Source: Candidatus Staskawiczbacteria bacterium (lineage in GTDB: Bacteria > Patescibacteriota > Minisyncoccia > Minisyncoccales > Staskawiczbacteraceae). Taken from it: a stretch of 64,000 nucleotides of DNA. The translations under genes and the position numbers were made by a program. The DNA is taken from the NCBI GenBank assembly GCA_903835075.1, contig CAILLM010000004.1, positions 80,532 to 144,531 on the forward strand, given 5' to 3'. The notes below the pieces were generated by a model. That model did no database searches and had not been told where the DNA came from. It saw nothing but the letters and a program-made list of their open reading frames with translations. Below are positions 50,107-59,775 of the stretch, one piece after another (positions within the stretch are counted from its first letter, which is position 1; each line of letters starts with the position of its first letter).

Positions 50107-51810
50107 ATGCCCGAACAACAATTATTAGATTACATAAAAAAAGCAAAAGATGCTGGTCAATCAGATGAGCAAACGCGTAGTTTGTTGTATAAAAATGGCT
50201 GGACAGAGGTCGAAGTTAGAGAGGCATTTTTGGCGTTAACTCCAGCTCAACCTCAACCTGAGCCACAACCACAAATTCAATCTCAAAATCAAACAGAAAT
50301 TCAGCCCCAGCCCGCTCAGCAGAAAAAGGATGATTTAAGCGTGATTTCAGATACTATCAAAGAAATAGATAAATTAGATAGTAAGCCACAACCAGAATCT
50401 CAGCCCGAGCCTGTATCTCAAATACAATCACAAAAATTTCAGGCACAACCTATTGCAACTGTTTCTATGCCCAATGCTATGCCTGAAATGAGAAAAAAGT
50501 CTCATGCAATTTTAAAAACATTAATAGTTTTGATTATTTTGGTTGTGCTTGGTGGTGCGGGGTATTTTGTAGCAGGTCAATATGTTAATCTTCCATGGAA
50601 CCCTTTTACGCCAAATCCTCAGACAGTTGTTGCTAAAATGTTAACAAATATGGGAAAAGTTAAGACTTCTCATGTAGTGACTCAGCTAGAGGTTAGTTCT
50701 ACAGATAACTCTAACAAAACTCCTCAAGGAAAAATGAATTTAAGTGCAGATAGCTCAATAGATATGTCTGATGCTAGAAATCAAAAATCTAACATAAGTA
50801 TTAAATTTGATTTAACATCACAAGCGTCAGCTTCTTCTATCGCTTCAATAGACGCGAATGCAACATCAGTTGGGGAAACAACTTATTTAAAAATGAATAG
50901 TGTGTCTCTCCCAAATAATGTTTCTTATTCTGGGTTTGATATTTCACAAATTAATGGAAGGTGGTTCAAGGCCGATCAAGATTCCTATAATGCAATTTAT
51001 CAAGCTGAAAACGGTCAGTCTGCGTTGGCAATAACAGATATTTCGTCTAAAAATAATTCAGATTTAGTAAAAAAATTTAGTGATTTATTTTTAGCAGATA
51101 AATTATTTTCTAATATAAAACAATTAAATATAGAAACCATAGGTGGCCAAGACACATATCATTATTCTGCAACAATTGCAAAAGATAAATTAAAAGATTT
51201 GTTATTAAAAATAACAACGTTAAGTACATCACAAGATATTCTACAGTCTATGGTTGGCTCTATTGCAGATTCTATTGGAGACGTGAATGTGGAAATGTGG
51301 ATTGGAAAAAAAGATTATTTGCTTTATCAATATAAAGTTAATAAGACAATTAATCTAAATGATTCATTGTTAAGCAACACATCCTTAGGCTTGGCTATAA
51401 AATTAAATGTCACTAACTCTAATTTTAACCAACCAATAACAGTGCATGCACCAGAAGGAGCACAAAAAATAGAAGAAGTTATTTTGCCAATGATAAAGAC
51501 CCAAAAAGTAGCTTCCAATTTAAGCCGAGTATCAATTGAAGCAGAATCGCTGTTTGATGTTAATAAAAATTATTATCTATTGTGTAAAAACGGATTTTTA
51601 AATGGTTCTAAAATAACGCCCTATGGTCAAACATTTATAAGTGTTGCAAATGGTGTTTTGAAATTAGGTGCAAAAAATCCAAAATGTTTTGCTAATAACA
51701 CTGGTTATTGTGTATCAACCCAATTATCTGACGGAACATATTTGTGCGTGGGCAGTGGGGCAACTGTTGGAACAGTGAATTGCATTTCTGCGCAAACTAT
51801 TTGTAAGTAA
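50107..51810 (+). CDS. Membrane-anchored hypothetical protein (helical N-domain, P/Q linker, TM, beta-rich extracellular part, Cys C-terminus)
   Basis: LLDYIKK...L.KNGW...V.EAF N-terminus; PQ-rich linker; TM LIVLIILVVLGGAGYF. Confidence 0.7.
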   Translation: MPEQQLLDYIKKAKDAGQSDEQTRSLLYKNGWTEVEVREAFLALTPAQPQPEPQPQIQSQNQTEIQPQPAQQKKDDLSVISDTIKEIDKLDSKPQPESQPEPVSQIQSQKFQAQPIATVSMPNAMPEMRKKSHAILKTLIVLIILVVLGGAGYFVAGQYVNLPWNPFTPNPQTVVAKMLTNMGKVKTSHVVTQLEVSSTDNSNKTPQGKMNLSADSSIDMSDARNQKSNISIKFDLTSQASASSIASIDANATSVGETTYLKMNSVSLPNNVSYSGFDISQINGRWFKADQDSYNAIYQAENGQSALAITDISSKNNSDLVKKFSDLFLADKLFSNIKQLNIETIGGQDTYHYSATIAKDKLKDLLLKITTLSTSQDILQSMVGSIADSIGDVNVEMWIGKKDYLLYQYKVNKTINLNDSLLSNTSLGLAIKLNVTNSNFNQPITVHAPEGAQKIEEVILPMIKTQKVASNLSRVSIEAESLFDVNKNYYLLCKNGFLNGSKITPYGQTFISVANGVLKLGAKNPKCFANNTGYCVSTQLSDGTYLCVGSGATVGTVNCISAQTICK

Positions 51811-51820
51811 AATTTATATT

Positions 51821-51848
51821 AAAAGCCCTTCGCGTAAAGAGGGCTTTT
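51821..51848. terminator. Intrinsic terminator
   Basis: AAAAGCCCT...AGGGCTTTT. Confidence 0.7.
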
Positions 51849-51916
51849 ATTGTGCGACAGTTTTGATATTGAAAAAAATTGCAAAAAGTGTTATTATTTT
51901 AAAATATTGTAGTCAT

Positions 51917-51987
51917 TGCGGGATCGTCTAATGGTAGGACACGGCCCTTTGAAGGCTGGTATCTAGGTTCGAGTCCTAGTCCCGCAG
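51917..51987 (+). tRNA. tRNA-Gln(TTG), CCA not encoded
   Basis: TGCGGGA/TCCCGCA acceptor, CGGCC-CTTTGAA-GGCTG anticodon arm, CTAGG-TTCGAGT-CCTAG T arm. Confidence 0.95.
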
Positions 51988-52092
51988 CAGTGATATTACA
52001 CGCCGAGTAACTGAGTCGTCCCGACTATTTTAGTAAAAAGTTCGAAATATAATTCCCGTATGGGAATGAGTCTCGAACAATACCAAGCAGAT

Positions 52093-52119
52093 AAAAAATC
52101 GCCAAACAGGCGATTTTTT
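52093..52119. terminator. Bidirectional terminator-like hairpin
   Basis: AAAAAATCGCC-AAACA-GGCGATTTTTT. Confidence 0.75.
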
Positions 52120-52155
52120 GGTAAAATGCATTATTGTAAAATAATTTATTAATAT

Positions 52156-53172
52156 ATGCCATTAATTACCAAAAAGAATATTTTATTAACTGGCGCTGGT
52201 TTCAGTGCTAACTTCGGCGGTTTATTATCTAGGGAAATGTGGTCAAAAATACTAAGCAATCCAAAAATGGATCAGTTGCCACAAATAAGAGAAATACTAA
52301 GAAAGGATTTCGATTTTGAGTCAGTGTACTCAAATGTCAAAAAAAATGTATCAATCAGTAAGGACGATAAGAATTTATTTCAAAAGATTGTTTTTGAAAG
52401 CTATTCTAGCATGGACGATGCTTTAAAAAATTATCGCATTGGTGGTTTCCCAAAATCAGGTTTTTATATAGGTAATGTTACCAAATTGTTGGGTGAATTT
52501 TCTGGATTGGGAGGAGAGGTTGGTGCTCATTTTACACTTAATCAAGATTTATTAGTTGAAAGAGAAACACAAATAATACCCCTTGGTCTCTCTACGCCAC
52601 AAAATTCAACTTATCGGAATGACATAAATTCAAAGCAGATTGATTTTACTAAGCAGGTGGTATTGCCCGATGATCAGTCGCTAGAAGAATTTAAATCTAA
52701 ATACCTACCTTCTAACGGTAGCTATTGTTATATAAAATTGCACGGCTCGCTTGGATGGTTATCACACTATGGGCACCAGCAATTAATCTTAGGCACAAAT
52801 AAAATAGAAGACATTAAAAAAGAGCCTTTGCTTAATTGGTATTTCGATATTTTCAAAGACGCCCTTTCGCAGAATGGAGTCAAACTATTTGTGCTCGGTT
52901 ATAGTTTCCGTGATGAGCATGTAAACGAGATAATTATAGATGCAATAGAAAAAAATCATATACAAATTTATATAATTTCACCAGAAGATCCCGAGGGATT
53001 TAAAGACAGAATGGAGGGCAAAATTTTATATGGATCTTACGAGATAAAAAATACAATAAAAATATGGAATGCCGTAGATGGTTATTTCCCATATCGGTTA
53101 AGTGAGATTTTTCCTTCTAATCAAATGGATACAGCCGTAGCTCAAGATATAAAAAAAGCTATGAATAAATAA
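52156..53172 (+). CDS. SIR2-like (SIR2_2) domain protein, putative NADase
   Basis: LLTGAGFS, FTLNQDLLVE, YIKLHGSLGW, VLGYSFRDEHVN. Confidence 0.88.
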   Translation: MPLITKKNILLTGAGFSANFGGLLSREMWSKILSNPKMDQLPQIREILRKDFDFESVYSNVKKNVSISKDDKNLFQKIVFESYSSMDDALKNYRIGGFPKSGFYIGNVTKLLGEFSGLGGEVGAHFTLNQDLLVERETQIIPLGLSTPQNSTYRNDINSKQIDFTKQVVLPDDQSLEEFKSKYLPSNGSYCYIKLHGSLGWLSHYGHQQLILGTNKIEDIKKEPLLNWYFDIFKDALSQNGVKLFVLGYSFRDEHVNEIIIDAIEKNHIQIYIISPEDPEGFKDRMEGKILYGSYEIKNTIKIWNAVDGYFPYRLSEIFPSNQMDTAVAQDIKKAMNK

Positions 53173-54789
53173 ATGAAACTTTTGGATAATGGCACATATG
53201 CAATAGAAATTGATAATAGACTTTTAGAGCTAACAACCAAAGATAAAGAGCTAAAAGTATCAGAAGAGGAATTTAAGGCGGCATTAAAGGGCTATAAGCT
53301 CGACGAATTTTTGATTGTTTTAGCAGAAATATCAGAAAAATTGTTTGATCCTAATTTTAAAGAAAATCCTATTTGGAAAAAAGAAAAAGTTGGTTTTATT
53401 ATACATAAACCAAGCGAGCAGTTTGTGACTGATTTTGCGGTTGAATACATTGCAAATATATTATTAATTTCTGGTTCAAATGATTTTAAAAATGAAAGTA
53501 TCAAAAATAAAGATAATGTTGTGGCAATATTCAGTATTTATCATAACTCTATAATTCATCCAAGAATTCAATCGGGCAACATAGCATCGTTGTTAGTGCC
53601 AATGTTTTATCAACAGATGACAAGCCAGCAAGATATAAAAGATACTTTTATTCGGCAATGGTTGATATTTCAAGGTGCGCAAGAGCTAGTCGACCCAAAA
53701 AATAAACTTGATTTGGATAAAATATTGCTAGAAGAAAATGGAATGACCGTTATTGAGTACATAAAATTGTGTTTTTTAATTTTAGCAACAATATTAACCA
53801 AACCAAGGTTTAATTTTGGGACCTTTGATAAGCCTACAATTCCCGGATTGGACGATGTTCTAAATAGCGAGAAAATTTCTGCGATATTAAAACAATTGTC
53901 TGTGTCTAAGAATGAATTTGTTAAACTAGATAAAGAATTGAATGCCGGCTTAAGTCCAGAACATACAAAAAGTAGATATAACCCTTTATGGGAAAAGCCT
54001 ATCGTAATATTAGGAGATAATGACTATGTAGTGCCGAGTATAAGTGCTTATGCCAAGGGGGCTTTGAGAGGGCTCTATTGGATATTTGAAAATGTAAAGG
54101 CTAAAATATTTAGAGACTATTTCGGATTATTATTTGAAAAATATTGTGGCACAGTGATTCAAGACATTTTTGGTAGGGAAAACGTAAGGCCAGGGATAAG
54201 ATTTGGCAAAGATAACCAAGAATTTTTTGATTGGATAGCCAACAGGGAAAAGGAAATAATTTTATTCGAAACTAAGGGGTATCAGTTTCCTTTGAAAACT
54301 CTACAAACGGGTAGTCCCGATCTTGTTAGAAAGGAGGTGTTTAATAAATTAGTAGAAACAATCAGGCAAACTTATCGGCGCTTTCAAGATATTCAAAGTC
54401 ACGATGAATTGAAAGAATTTAGGAATAAAAAAATAACTGTTGTTGCTGTATTTTACGACATACCGTTTGTATCTACAAACGTGTATGACCCCGATATAAA
54501 ATCAGCATTAAACGGGCTAAATGCTAGATACCCAGGAATTAAAGATTTTGAATATGTTTTTTTATCAATTGAGGAGCTGGAAAATTATTACTATGTGAAA
54601 GATTATATTTCTATAGAGGATCTGGTAAATAAAGTAAAAGGTACACCTGGCGCCGGCGTTATTGATCAAATAAGTAAGGTCTTCAAAGAAAATAATTTAA
54701 CGGCCGAGGATCATAAAAATTTGTTAGATAGAAAGTTTAGAGATTTTTACGAAAACGAATTAGGCGTCCCATATTCGGAAGAAGAGTAA
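53173..54789 (+). CDS. Hypothetical protein with helical N-region and C-terminal PD-(D/E)XK-like nuclease domain
   Basis: YNPLWEKPIV, GLLFEKY, FFDWIA...ILFETKG (E..D..ExK arrangement). Confidence 0.65.
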   Translation: MKLLDNGTYAIEIDNRLLELTTKDKELKVSEEEFKAALKGYKLDEFLIVLAEISEKLFDPNFKENPIWKKEKVGFIIHKPSEQFVTDFAVEYIANILLISGSNDFKNESIKNKDNVVAIFSIYHNSIIHPRIQSGNIASLLVPMFYQQMTSQQDIKDTFIRQWLIFQGAQELVDPKNKLDLDKILLEENGMTVIEYIKLCFLILATILTKPRFNFGTFDKPTIPGLDDVLNSEKISAILKQLSVSKNEFVKLDKELNAGLSPEHTKSRYNPLWEKPIVILGDNDYVVPSISAYAKGALRGLYWIFENVKAKIFRDYFGLLFEKYCGTVIQDIFGRENVRPGIRFGKDNQEFFDWIANREKEIILFETKGYQFPLKTLQTGSPDLVRKEVFNKLVETIRQTYRRFQDIQSHDELKEFRNKKITVVAVFYDIPFVSTNVYDPDIKSALNGLNARYPGIKDFEYVFLSIEELENYYYVKDYISIEDLVNKVKGTPGAGVIDQISKVFKENNLTAEDHKNLLDRKFRDFYENELGVPYSEEE

Positions 54790-54820
54790 GCCTAAATATA
54801 TATACAGACATCAAATTTAG

Positions 54821-56137
54821 TTATTCTAATATAATTTTTTTATCTTTTAGAATTAGTTTACTTTTTAGGAAAAATAATAGTTCTCGTTTTTCAATTAGGG
54901 TTCCTTCGTTGAGTAAATATTTCGCATAATTCCTAACATCGATATCTGAATTATGGGTTTCTTTATTATGGCCCAGCACTCCAATTCTAAATTTATTGAA
55001 TCTCGCTAATTCTTTTTCAACTGTAGCCTTTACCCCGAGTTCGTCTAAGTTGATTTTATCCATCAACTCAATAAGTTCAGCTATCAAGCTCTGCTCATTC
55101 AGGGCTGGATTTTTACAGGCTATATCTCTGGCCTTGTTGCAGAAATAATAGACGTGCCTATTTACTCCGCCATTTAGTAGTTTTTTAAATTTCTCATCGG
55201 CTGATATTCCTGATCCGCAATACCCGCATTTAATCAATTTGGTGAAGGCGAATTCTTTTGATTCTGATTTTGGTATATACCTGTCATTTAATGTGGTTTG
55301 AACTTTATCAAACAACTCTTTAGATATTATCGGTGTATGTTTTCCATTGTACCAATTGCCACTGCCAACAGGGTATTCAAACTCACCATAGTAAAAAGTA
55401 TTTCTCAGTATTAGGTAAATGTTACCAAGCACCAAAGCTTTGCCTGTTCTCGTTTTGAATCCTGTATCACGTAGCCACATATATACTTTTCTGCCAGACC
55501 AATTTTCATTAGCCAATTTCTCAAATATCTGTTTAATTACCGGAGCACGTTTTGGGTCTAGTCTACATTGGCATTTTTTATCAACATGTTTTTCGTTTAG
55601 ATATCCTGTCGGCGCTACGCCGGGGCGATATCCCATTTCACATCGCGTTCTTAATCCACGCTTTACATTTACCGCCTTGTTATCATTTTCCAGTTTTGCT
55701 TGACTGCCGAGAATCATCAGTAAGAATTTTTCGTTTGGATTATTAGTGAACCTTTGTCCATGAGTTCTTATCTCAATTAGCAGTTTTTGATCCATTAAAT
55801 CTACTACAGATCCCAAATCTCCGGCATTTCTTGATAACCTGTCTGGAGCCCATGTTAAAATGGCATTGTATTTGCCTTCACGAATTTCAGTAATCATTTG
55901 GTTAAATACAGCTCTTTGTCCAACCTCTTTGGAAGAGTGCGCCTCGCGTTTAATATCGATGATATTCAAATTATCACGTTGTGCCAGACTCAGCATTTCT
56001 TTTACCTGCGATTCTATGGATAGAGCTTGTTTGTCCTCAGCTTCTGTGGATTTCCTCGCATAGAGGCAGTATTTGAGTATTGGAGCGACTATGACCGGGG
56101 ATTGCCGACTGTTTTGCGTTGTTGCTATTTGTTGCAT
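54821..56137 (-). CDS. Large serine recombinase (resolvase + recombinase + Zn ribbon)
   Basis: YCLYARKSTE, WAPDRLSRN, G.APTGY, FYYG, GKHTPIISKELF, CGYCG; ATG 56137 preferred over 56164. Confidence 0.92.
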   Translation of the reverse strand: MQQIATTQNSRQSPVIVAPILKYCLYARKSTEAEDKQALSIESQVKEMLSLAQRDNLNIIDIKREAHSSKEVGQRAVFNQMITEIREGKYNAILTWAPDRLSRNAGDLGSVVDLMDQKLLIEIRTHGQRFTNNPNEKFLLMILGSQAKLENDNKAVNVKRGLRTRCEMGYRPGVAPTGYLNEKHVDKKCQCRLDPKRAPVIKQIFEKLANENWSGRKVYMWLRDTGFKTRTGKALVLGNIYLILRNTFYYGEFEYPVGSGNWYNGKHTPIISKELFDKVQTTLNDRYIPKSESKEFAFTKLIKCGYCGSGISADEKFKKLLNGGVNRHVYYFCNKARDIACKNPALNEQSLIAELIELMDKINLDELGVKATVEKELARFNKFRIGVLGHNKETHNSDIDVRNYAKYLLNEGTLIEKRELLFFLKSKLILKDKKIILE

Positions 56138-56293
56138 AATTTTTGTTTTAGTTATTAATAGCACATATTCGACCTTTGCAAGGACAAGGATGACGCAACG
56201 GTGCTAAGGAGTCCAGACCCCATCAGTTGAAAACTCCCAGCTTTACGAAGAGCTGTTTTAGGTATAAACTTAAATAAATTATAAGATATATTT

Positions 56294-57106
56294 ATGATTA
56301 AACCGTATTATAAAAAAGGTGATTTCACCTTATACAATGCTGATAGTCTGAATTTTTTAGAGTCATTGCCTGAAAATTCTGTTGATATGATTTTCGCAGA
56401 TCCACCATATTTTCTTTCAAATGGTGGTTTTAGTGTCCATTCTGGAAAAATGGTAAGTGTTGATAAGGGACAATGGGATGTTAGCAATGGATTAAAAAAA
56501 GATTTTGAGTTTCATCTTGCATGGACAAAAGCTTGTCATAGAGTTTTAAAACCAGGGGGAACTATTTGGATAAGTGGTACATACCATTCTATATATTCAT
56601 GCGGTTTTGCTTTACAGGTTAACAAATTTCACATGTTAAATGATATTACGTGGTTTAAGCCCAATGCTTCACCTAATTTAAGTTGTCGCTTTTTTACTGC
56701 TAGCCATGAAACCTTGCTTTGGGCACGTAAAGAAAAAAAAGCAAAACATACATTTAATTATGATTTAATGAAAAATGGTGATTGGCCGGAAGATCAATTG
56801 AAGAAACCTGGCCTACAAATGCGGTCAGTTTGGGCCATAGGAACACCAAAACCCATTGAAAAGAAGTTTGGCAAGCATCCAACCCAAAAGCCCGAAGATT
56901 TGCTAAGAAGAGTCGTACTTGCGAGTACCAATAAGGGAGATCTTGTGTTAGATCCATTTACTGGTAGCTCTACGACGGGAATTGCTAGCCATTTATTAGG
57001 AAGAAAGTTTGTAGGCATTGATACCGAAAAAATTTTTTTAGATGTATCGATAAAAAGGTTTGAAGAGCTAGATAAAAATTTAATAAATAAGCATTTAAAA
57101 TCATGA
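56294..57106 (+). CDS. Beta-class N6A/N4C DNA methyltransferase (DpnA/M2.MboI-like)
   Basis: IFADPPYFLSNGG, VDKGQWD, HPTQKP, VLDPFTGSSTTG. Confidence 0.92.
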   Translation: MIKPYYKKGDFTLYNADSLNFLESLPENSVDMIFADPPYFLSNGGFSVHSGKMVSVDKGQWDVSNGLKKDFEFHLAWTKACHRVLKPGGTIWISGTYHSIYSCGFALQVNKFHMLNDITWFKPNASPNLSCRFFTASHETLLWARKEKKAKHTFNYDLMKNGDWPEDQLKKPGLQMRSVWAIGTPKPIEKKFGKHPTQKPEDLLRRVVLASTNKGDLVLDPFTGSSTTGIASHLLGRKFVGIDTEKIFLDVSIKRFEELDKNLINKHLKS

Positions 57107-58023
57107 AGTTGTTACCATTTTATAAAGAAAAATTAGGATGTGAAAGTGAGAATGATGTTTTCGAATATTTCATAAAAAATTTGAAGCCGAGTATTTTGCT
57201 TTGGTCATATTTTGTAAATTGGGATAAGGTTTTTGAGAATACTAGAAAGATTGAAATTGCTTTAAATAATCTCAATTATTTAATTGGCAAAGATGATTTC
57301 GATAAAGAATTTAAATTTTTAATCAAGCAATATCCTGAAGTTGTTAAGGTCGTCCCAGCTTTAGTCGTTAGAGACGGGGGCAACACGGACAAATTTAATA
57401 TTTTAGTCGATTATAAAAATAAAAAATTTGTTTACGAAAATTATGACTTTACTAAGGTTAATCTAAGCGATGAAGATGTTGAGAAGTATTTAATGTTTGT
57501 TAAAAAAACCGGGTTAAAGGATCTAATAACTTCGCAAAAAATAAAAAATTTAGTTGATTATATGATAGGGGTGGAGGCTGGTTTAGATAGTAACGGACGC
57601 AAGAATAGAAGCGGTCACTCTATGGAAGATATCGTAGAATTTTTCATTGATGATTTTTGTAAGAGCAAAGGATTTAAATACTTAAAAGAAGCTACTGCTG
57701 AAAAAATTAAGCAAGAATGGGACTTTGACGTTCCGTTTGATAAGTCCTCTCGCCGTTATGATTATGTAGTTAGCAATGGCAGTGAATTATTTATTTTTGA
57801 AACTAATTTCTATGGAGGGGGCGGTTCTAAGCTGAAATCTACAGCTGGAGAATATCGAAATTTATTCGATGTTTTTGGCGGGAAATATAAATTTATTTGG
57901 ATTACAGATGGTTTTGGTTGGAAGAACCTACAAAGACCCTTAAGAGAAACTTTTGATCATAATGATTATTTGATTAGTCTAGATATGATTGAAAATGGTA
58001 TTTTAGGTGATATTCTAAGGTAG
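57103..58023 (+). CDS. DpnII/MboI-family type II restriction endonuclease (GATC inferred)
   Basis: YFVNWDKV, LNYLIGK, GVEAGLDSNGRKNRSG..ME, ETNFYGGGGSKL, FIWITDG.GW. Confidence 0.9.
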   Translation: MKLLPFYKEKLGCESENDVFEYFIKNLKPSILLWSYFVNWDKVFENTRKIEIALNNLNYLIGKDDFDKEFKFLIKQYPEVVKVVPALVVRDGGNTDKFNILVDYKNKKFVYENYDFTKVNLSDEDVEKYLMFVKKTGLKDLITSQKIKNLVDYMIGVEAGLDSNGRKNRSGHSMEDIVEFFIDDFCKSKGFKYLKEATAEKIKQEWDFDVPFDKSSRRYDYVVSNGSELFIFETNFYGGGGSKLKSTAGEYRNLFDVFGGKYKFIWITDGFGWKNLQRPLRETFDHNDYLISLDMIENGILGDILR

Positions 58024-58045
58024 GAAGTCATCAATATGGTAATTT

Positions 58046-59773
58046 ATGTTTATTAAACAATTCTCAATTAGATACTTTAGAAATATTAAGACACTAGATT
58101 TGCTATTGGAGAAAGGTCTAAATATTTTTATTGGAGAAAATAATTCTGGTAAAAGCACAACCATGGATGCACTAAGGGTATGCTTAGGTTGGGGCGATCA
58201 AGATAAAGGTGTTTTTATTAAACCAGATGATTTATATATAGAAAGATCGAATTACCAGATTGGTCCTAAGCCGATTGAATTTGATTTAATATTTAGAATT
58301 GAGGACGAGATAGAGCAGTCAATTTTTTATGATTTGCTATCTAAAAAGGGCGAAGAATTAGAATTACAAATTCATTATAGATTTTTCTTTGAAGAAAAAA
58401 ATGATAGAAAATTATTTCGTTGTTCTATATGGGGAGGAGATAACGAAGGTCAGAACATTCCAGCAGAAATTCTTGATTTAATCCGGCATATATATCTCGG
58501 AGCACTGAGAGATGCGTCAAGAGATTTGCAACTTAGTAAGGGCAACAAATTAGGAAGTTTGTTGGAAAAGATTGAACCAAATAAAATACGCCAACTGGAG
58601 CTATCGCAAAAGTTAGATGACTTATTACATAAAGATGTAGACTGGAAAATCATCAGGGAAGCTGCAAAGAATAAAATTAATGAGCACCTTAATAATTCTT
58701 CTATAAAAGGCAAGGAAATTGAGATCGACTTAAGATTTATAGATTCTGAATTTAAAAAAATAGTAGGTGATTTGAGGGCTAGATTGCCAGTTTACCCTTC
58801 TTTAGCAGAAAACGATAAAAATCAAAAGTGGTTTCAAATAAATCAAAATGGCCTTGGAGATAACAACCGGATATATATCGCTTCTGTTTTAGGAGATTTG
58901 TTGGGCATACGAGAACTAGAAAGTGAAACTTATGTCGCACTGTTGATTGAGGAACCGGAAGCTCATTTACATCCACAGCTACAGAATATTCTATTTTCAT
59001 ATTTTGAACAATTATCTAACAAAATTCAGGTATTTATTACTTCGCATTCTCCAACAATTACCGCTAAAACGCTACTCAATACCGTCACGGTGTTCCAAAA
59101 TGTTAACGATGAAATTCATGTTTTGGCTATGAAAAATTCTGACTTAGATATAGAAGACAAGGCATACTTGCATAGGTTCCTCGATGTGACAAAGGCGCAG
59201 TTATTCTTTGCAAATGGGGTGATTCTTGTAGAAGGCATATCGGAGGCGTTGCTTTTCCCGGTTTTTGCCGAGATCATGGGCAAAAATGAAGGCGATGAAA
59301 ATAAATATAATCTTACGAAATGGGGAGTAGAGATAGTTAACGTCGGCGGAGTATCTTTTAGTTATTTCGCAAAAATATTTAATTCAATCGATAGTAAAAA
59401 AAGATTAAACAGTAGGTGTGTTTTGGTAACAGACTCTGATCCAAAGGAGAATGAAGTTATGTTATCTGGAAGAGCGCAAAGAGCGGCAGAAATGAAATCT
59501 GGTCTTCTTGATGTACAACTTTCTAAAAAGACTTTCGAGCATGATTTATTCAATGACTCAGATAAGAACTCAGTGACAATAAAAGAAGTTTATAAAGAAA
59601 TGCATCCTCAGACATCAATAAAAAATGTCAACGATTTCATGGAAAGATTAAAATCAAATAAGGATAAAGGAGAGTTTGCTCAAAAATTAGCTGAAAAGAT
59701 CAATAATGATAATTTTACGATTCCAGAGTATATTAGTAATACTATAAAGTGGGTAACCAAAAGTGTTGAATAA
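58046..59773 (+). CDS. gajA: OLD-family ATP-dependent nuclease (ABC ATPase + TOPRIM), Gabija GajA
   Basis: IGENNSGKS, LLIEEPEAHLHP, ITSHSP, LFFANGVILVEGISE, VTDSD; followed by a UvrD gene. Confidence 0.85.
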   Translation: MFIKQFSIRYFRNIKTLDLLLEKGLNIFIGENNSGKSTTMDALRVCLGWGDQDKGVFIKPDDLYIERSNYQIGPKPIEFDLIFRIEDEIEQSIFYDLLSKKGEELELQIHYRFFFEEKNDRKLFRCSIWGGDNEGQNIPAEILDLIRHIYLGALRDASRDLQLSKGNKLGSLLEKIEPNKIRQLELSQKLDDLLHKDVDWKIIREAAKNKINEHLNNSSIKGKEIEIDLRFIDSEFKKIVGDLRARLPVYPSLAENDKNQKWFQINQNGLGDNNRIYIASVLGDLLGIRELESETYVALLIEEPEAHLHPQLQNILFSYFEQLSNKIQVFITSHSPTITAKTLLNTVTVFQNVNDEIHVLAMKNSDLDIEDKAYLHRFLDVTKAQLFFANGVILVEGISEALLFPVFAEIMGKNEGDENKYNLTKWGVEIVNVGGVSFSYFAKIFNSIDSKKRLNSRCVLVTDSDPKENEVMLSGRAQRAAEMKSGLLDVQLSKKTFEHDLFNDSDKNSVTIKEVYKEMHPQTSIKNVNDFMERLKSNKDKGEFAQKLAEKINNDNFTIPEYISNTIKWVTKSVE

Positions 59774-59775
59774 AA

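Noticed and set aside
51988..52092. att site or second tRNA fragment after tRNA-Gln
   Set aside because: Small hairpins (AGTCG/CGACT, ATTCCC/GGGAAT) are present, but I found no duplicate of the tRNA 3' end in the window
52156..53172. Assignment to Thoeris, DSR, SIR2-HerA or SPARSA
   Set aside because: No TIR, HerA ATPase or Argonaute partner; too short for DSR
56138..56293. Possible regulatory RNA or recombination site upstream of the recombinase
   Set aside because: GC-richer with one small stem (CAGCT/AGCTG), but not enough structure to support a call without comparative data
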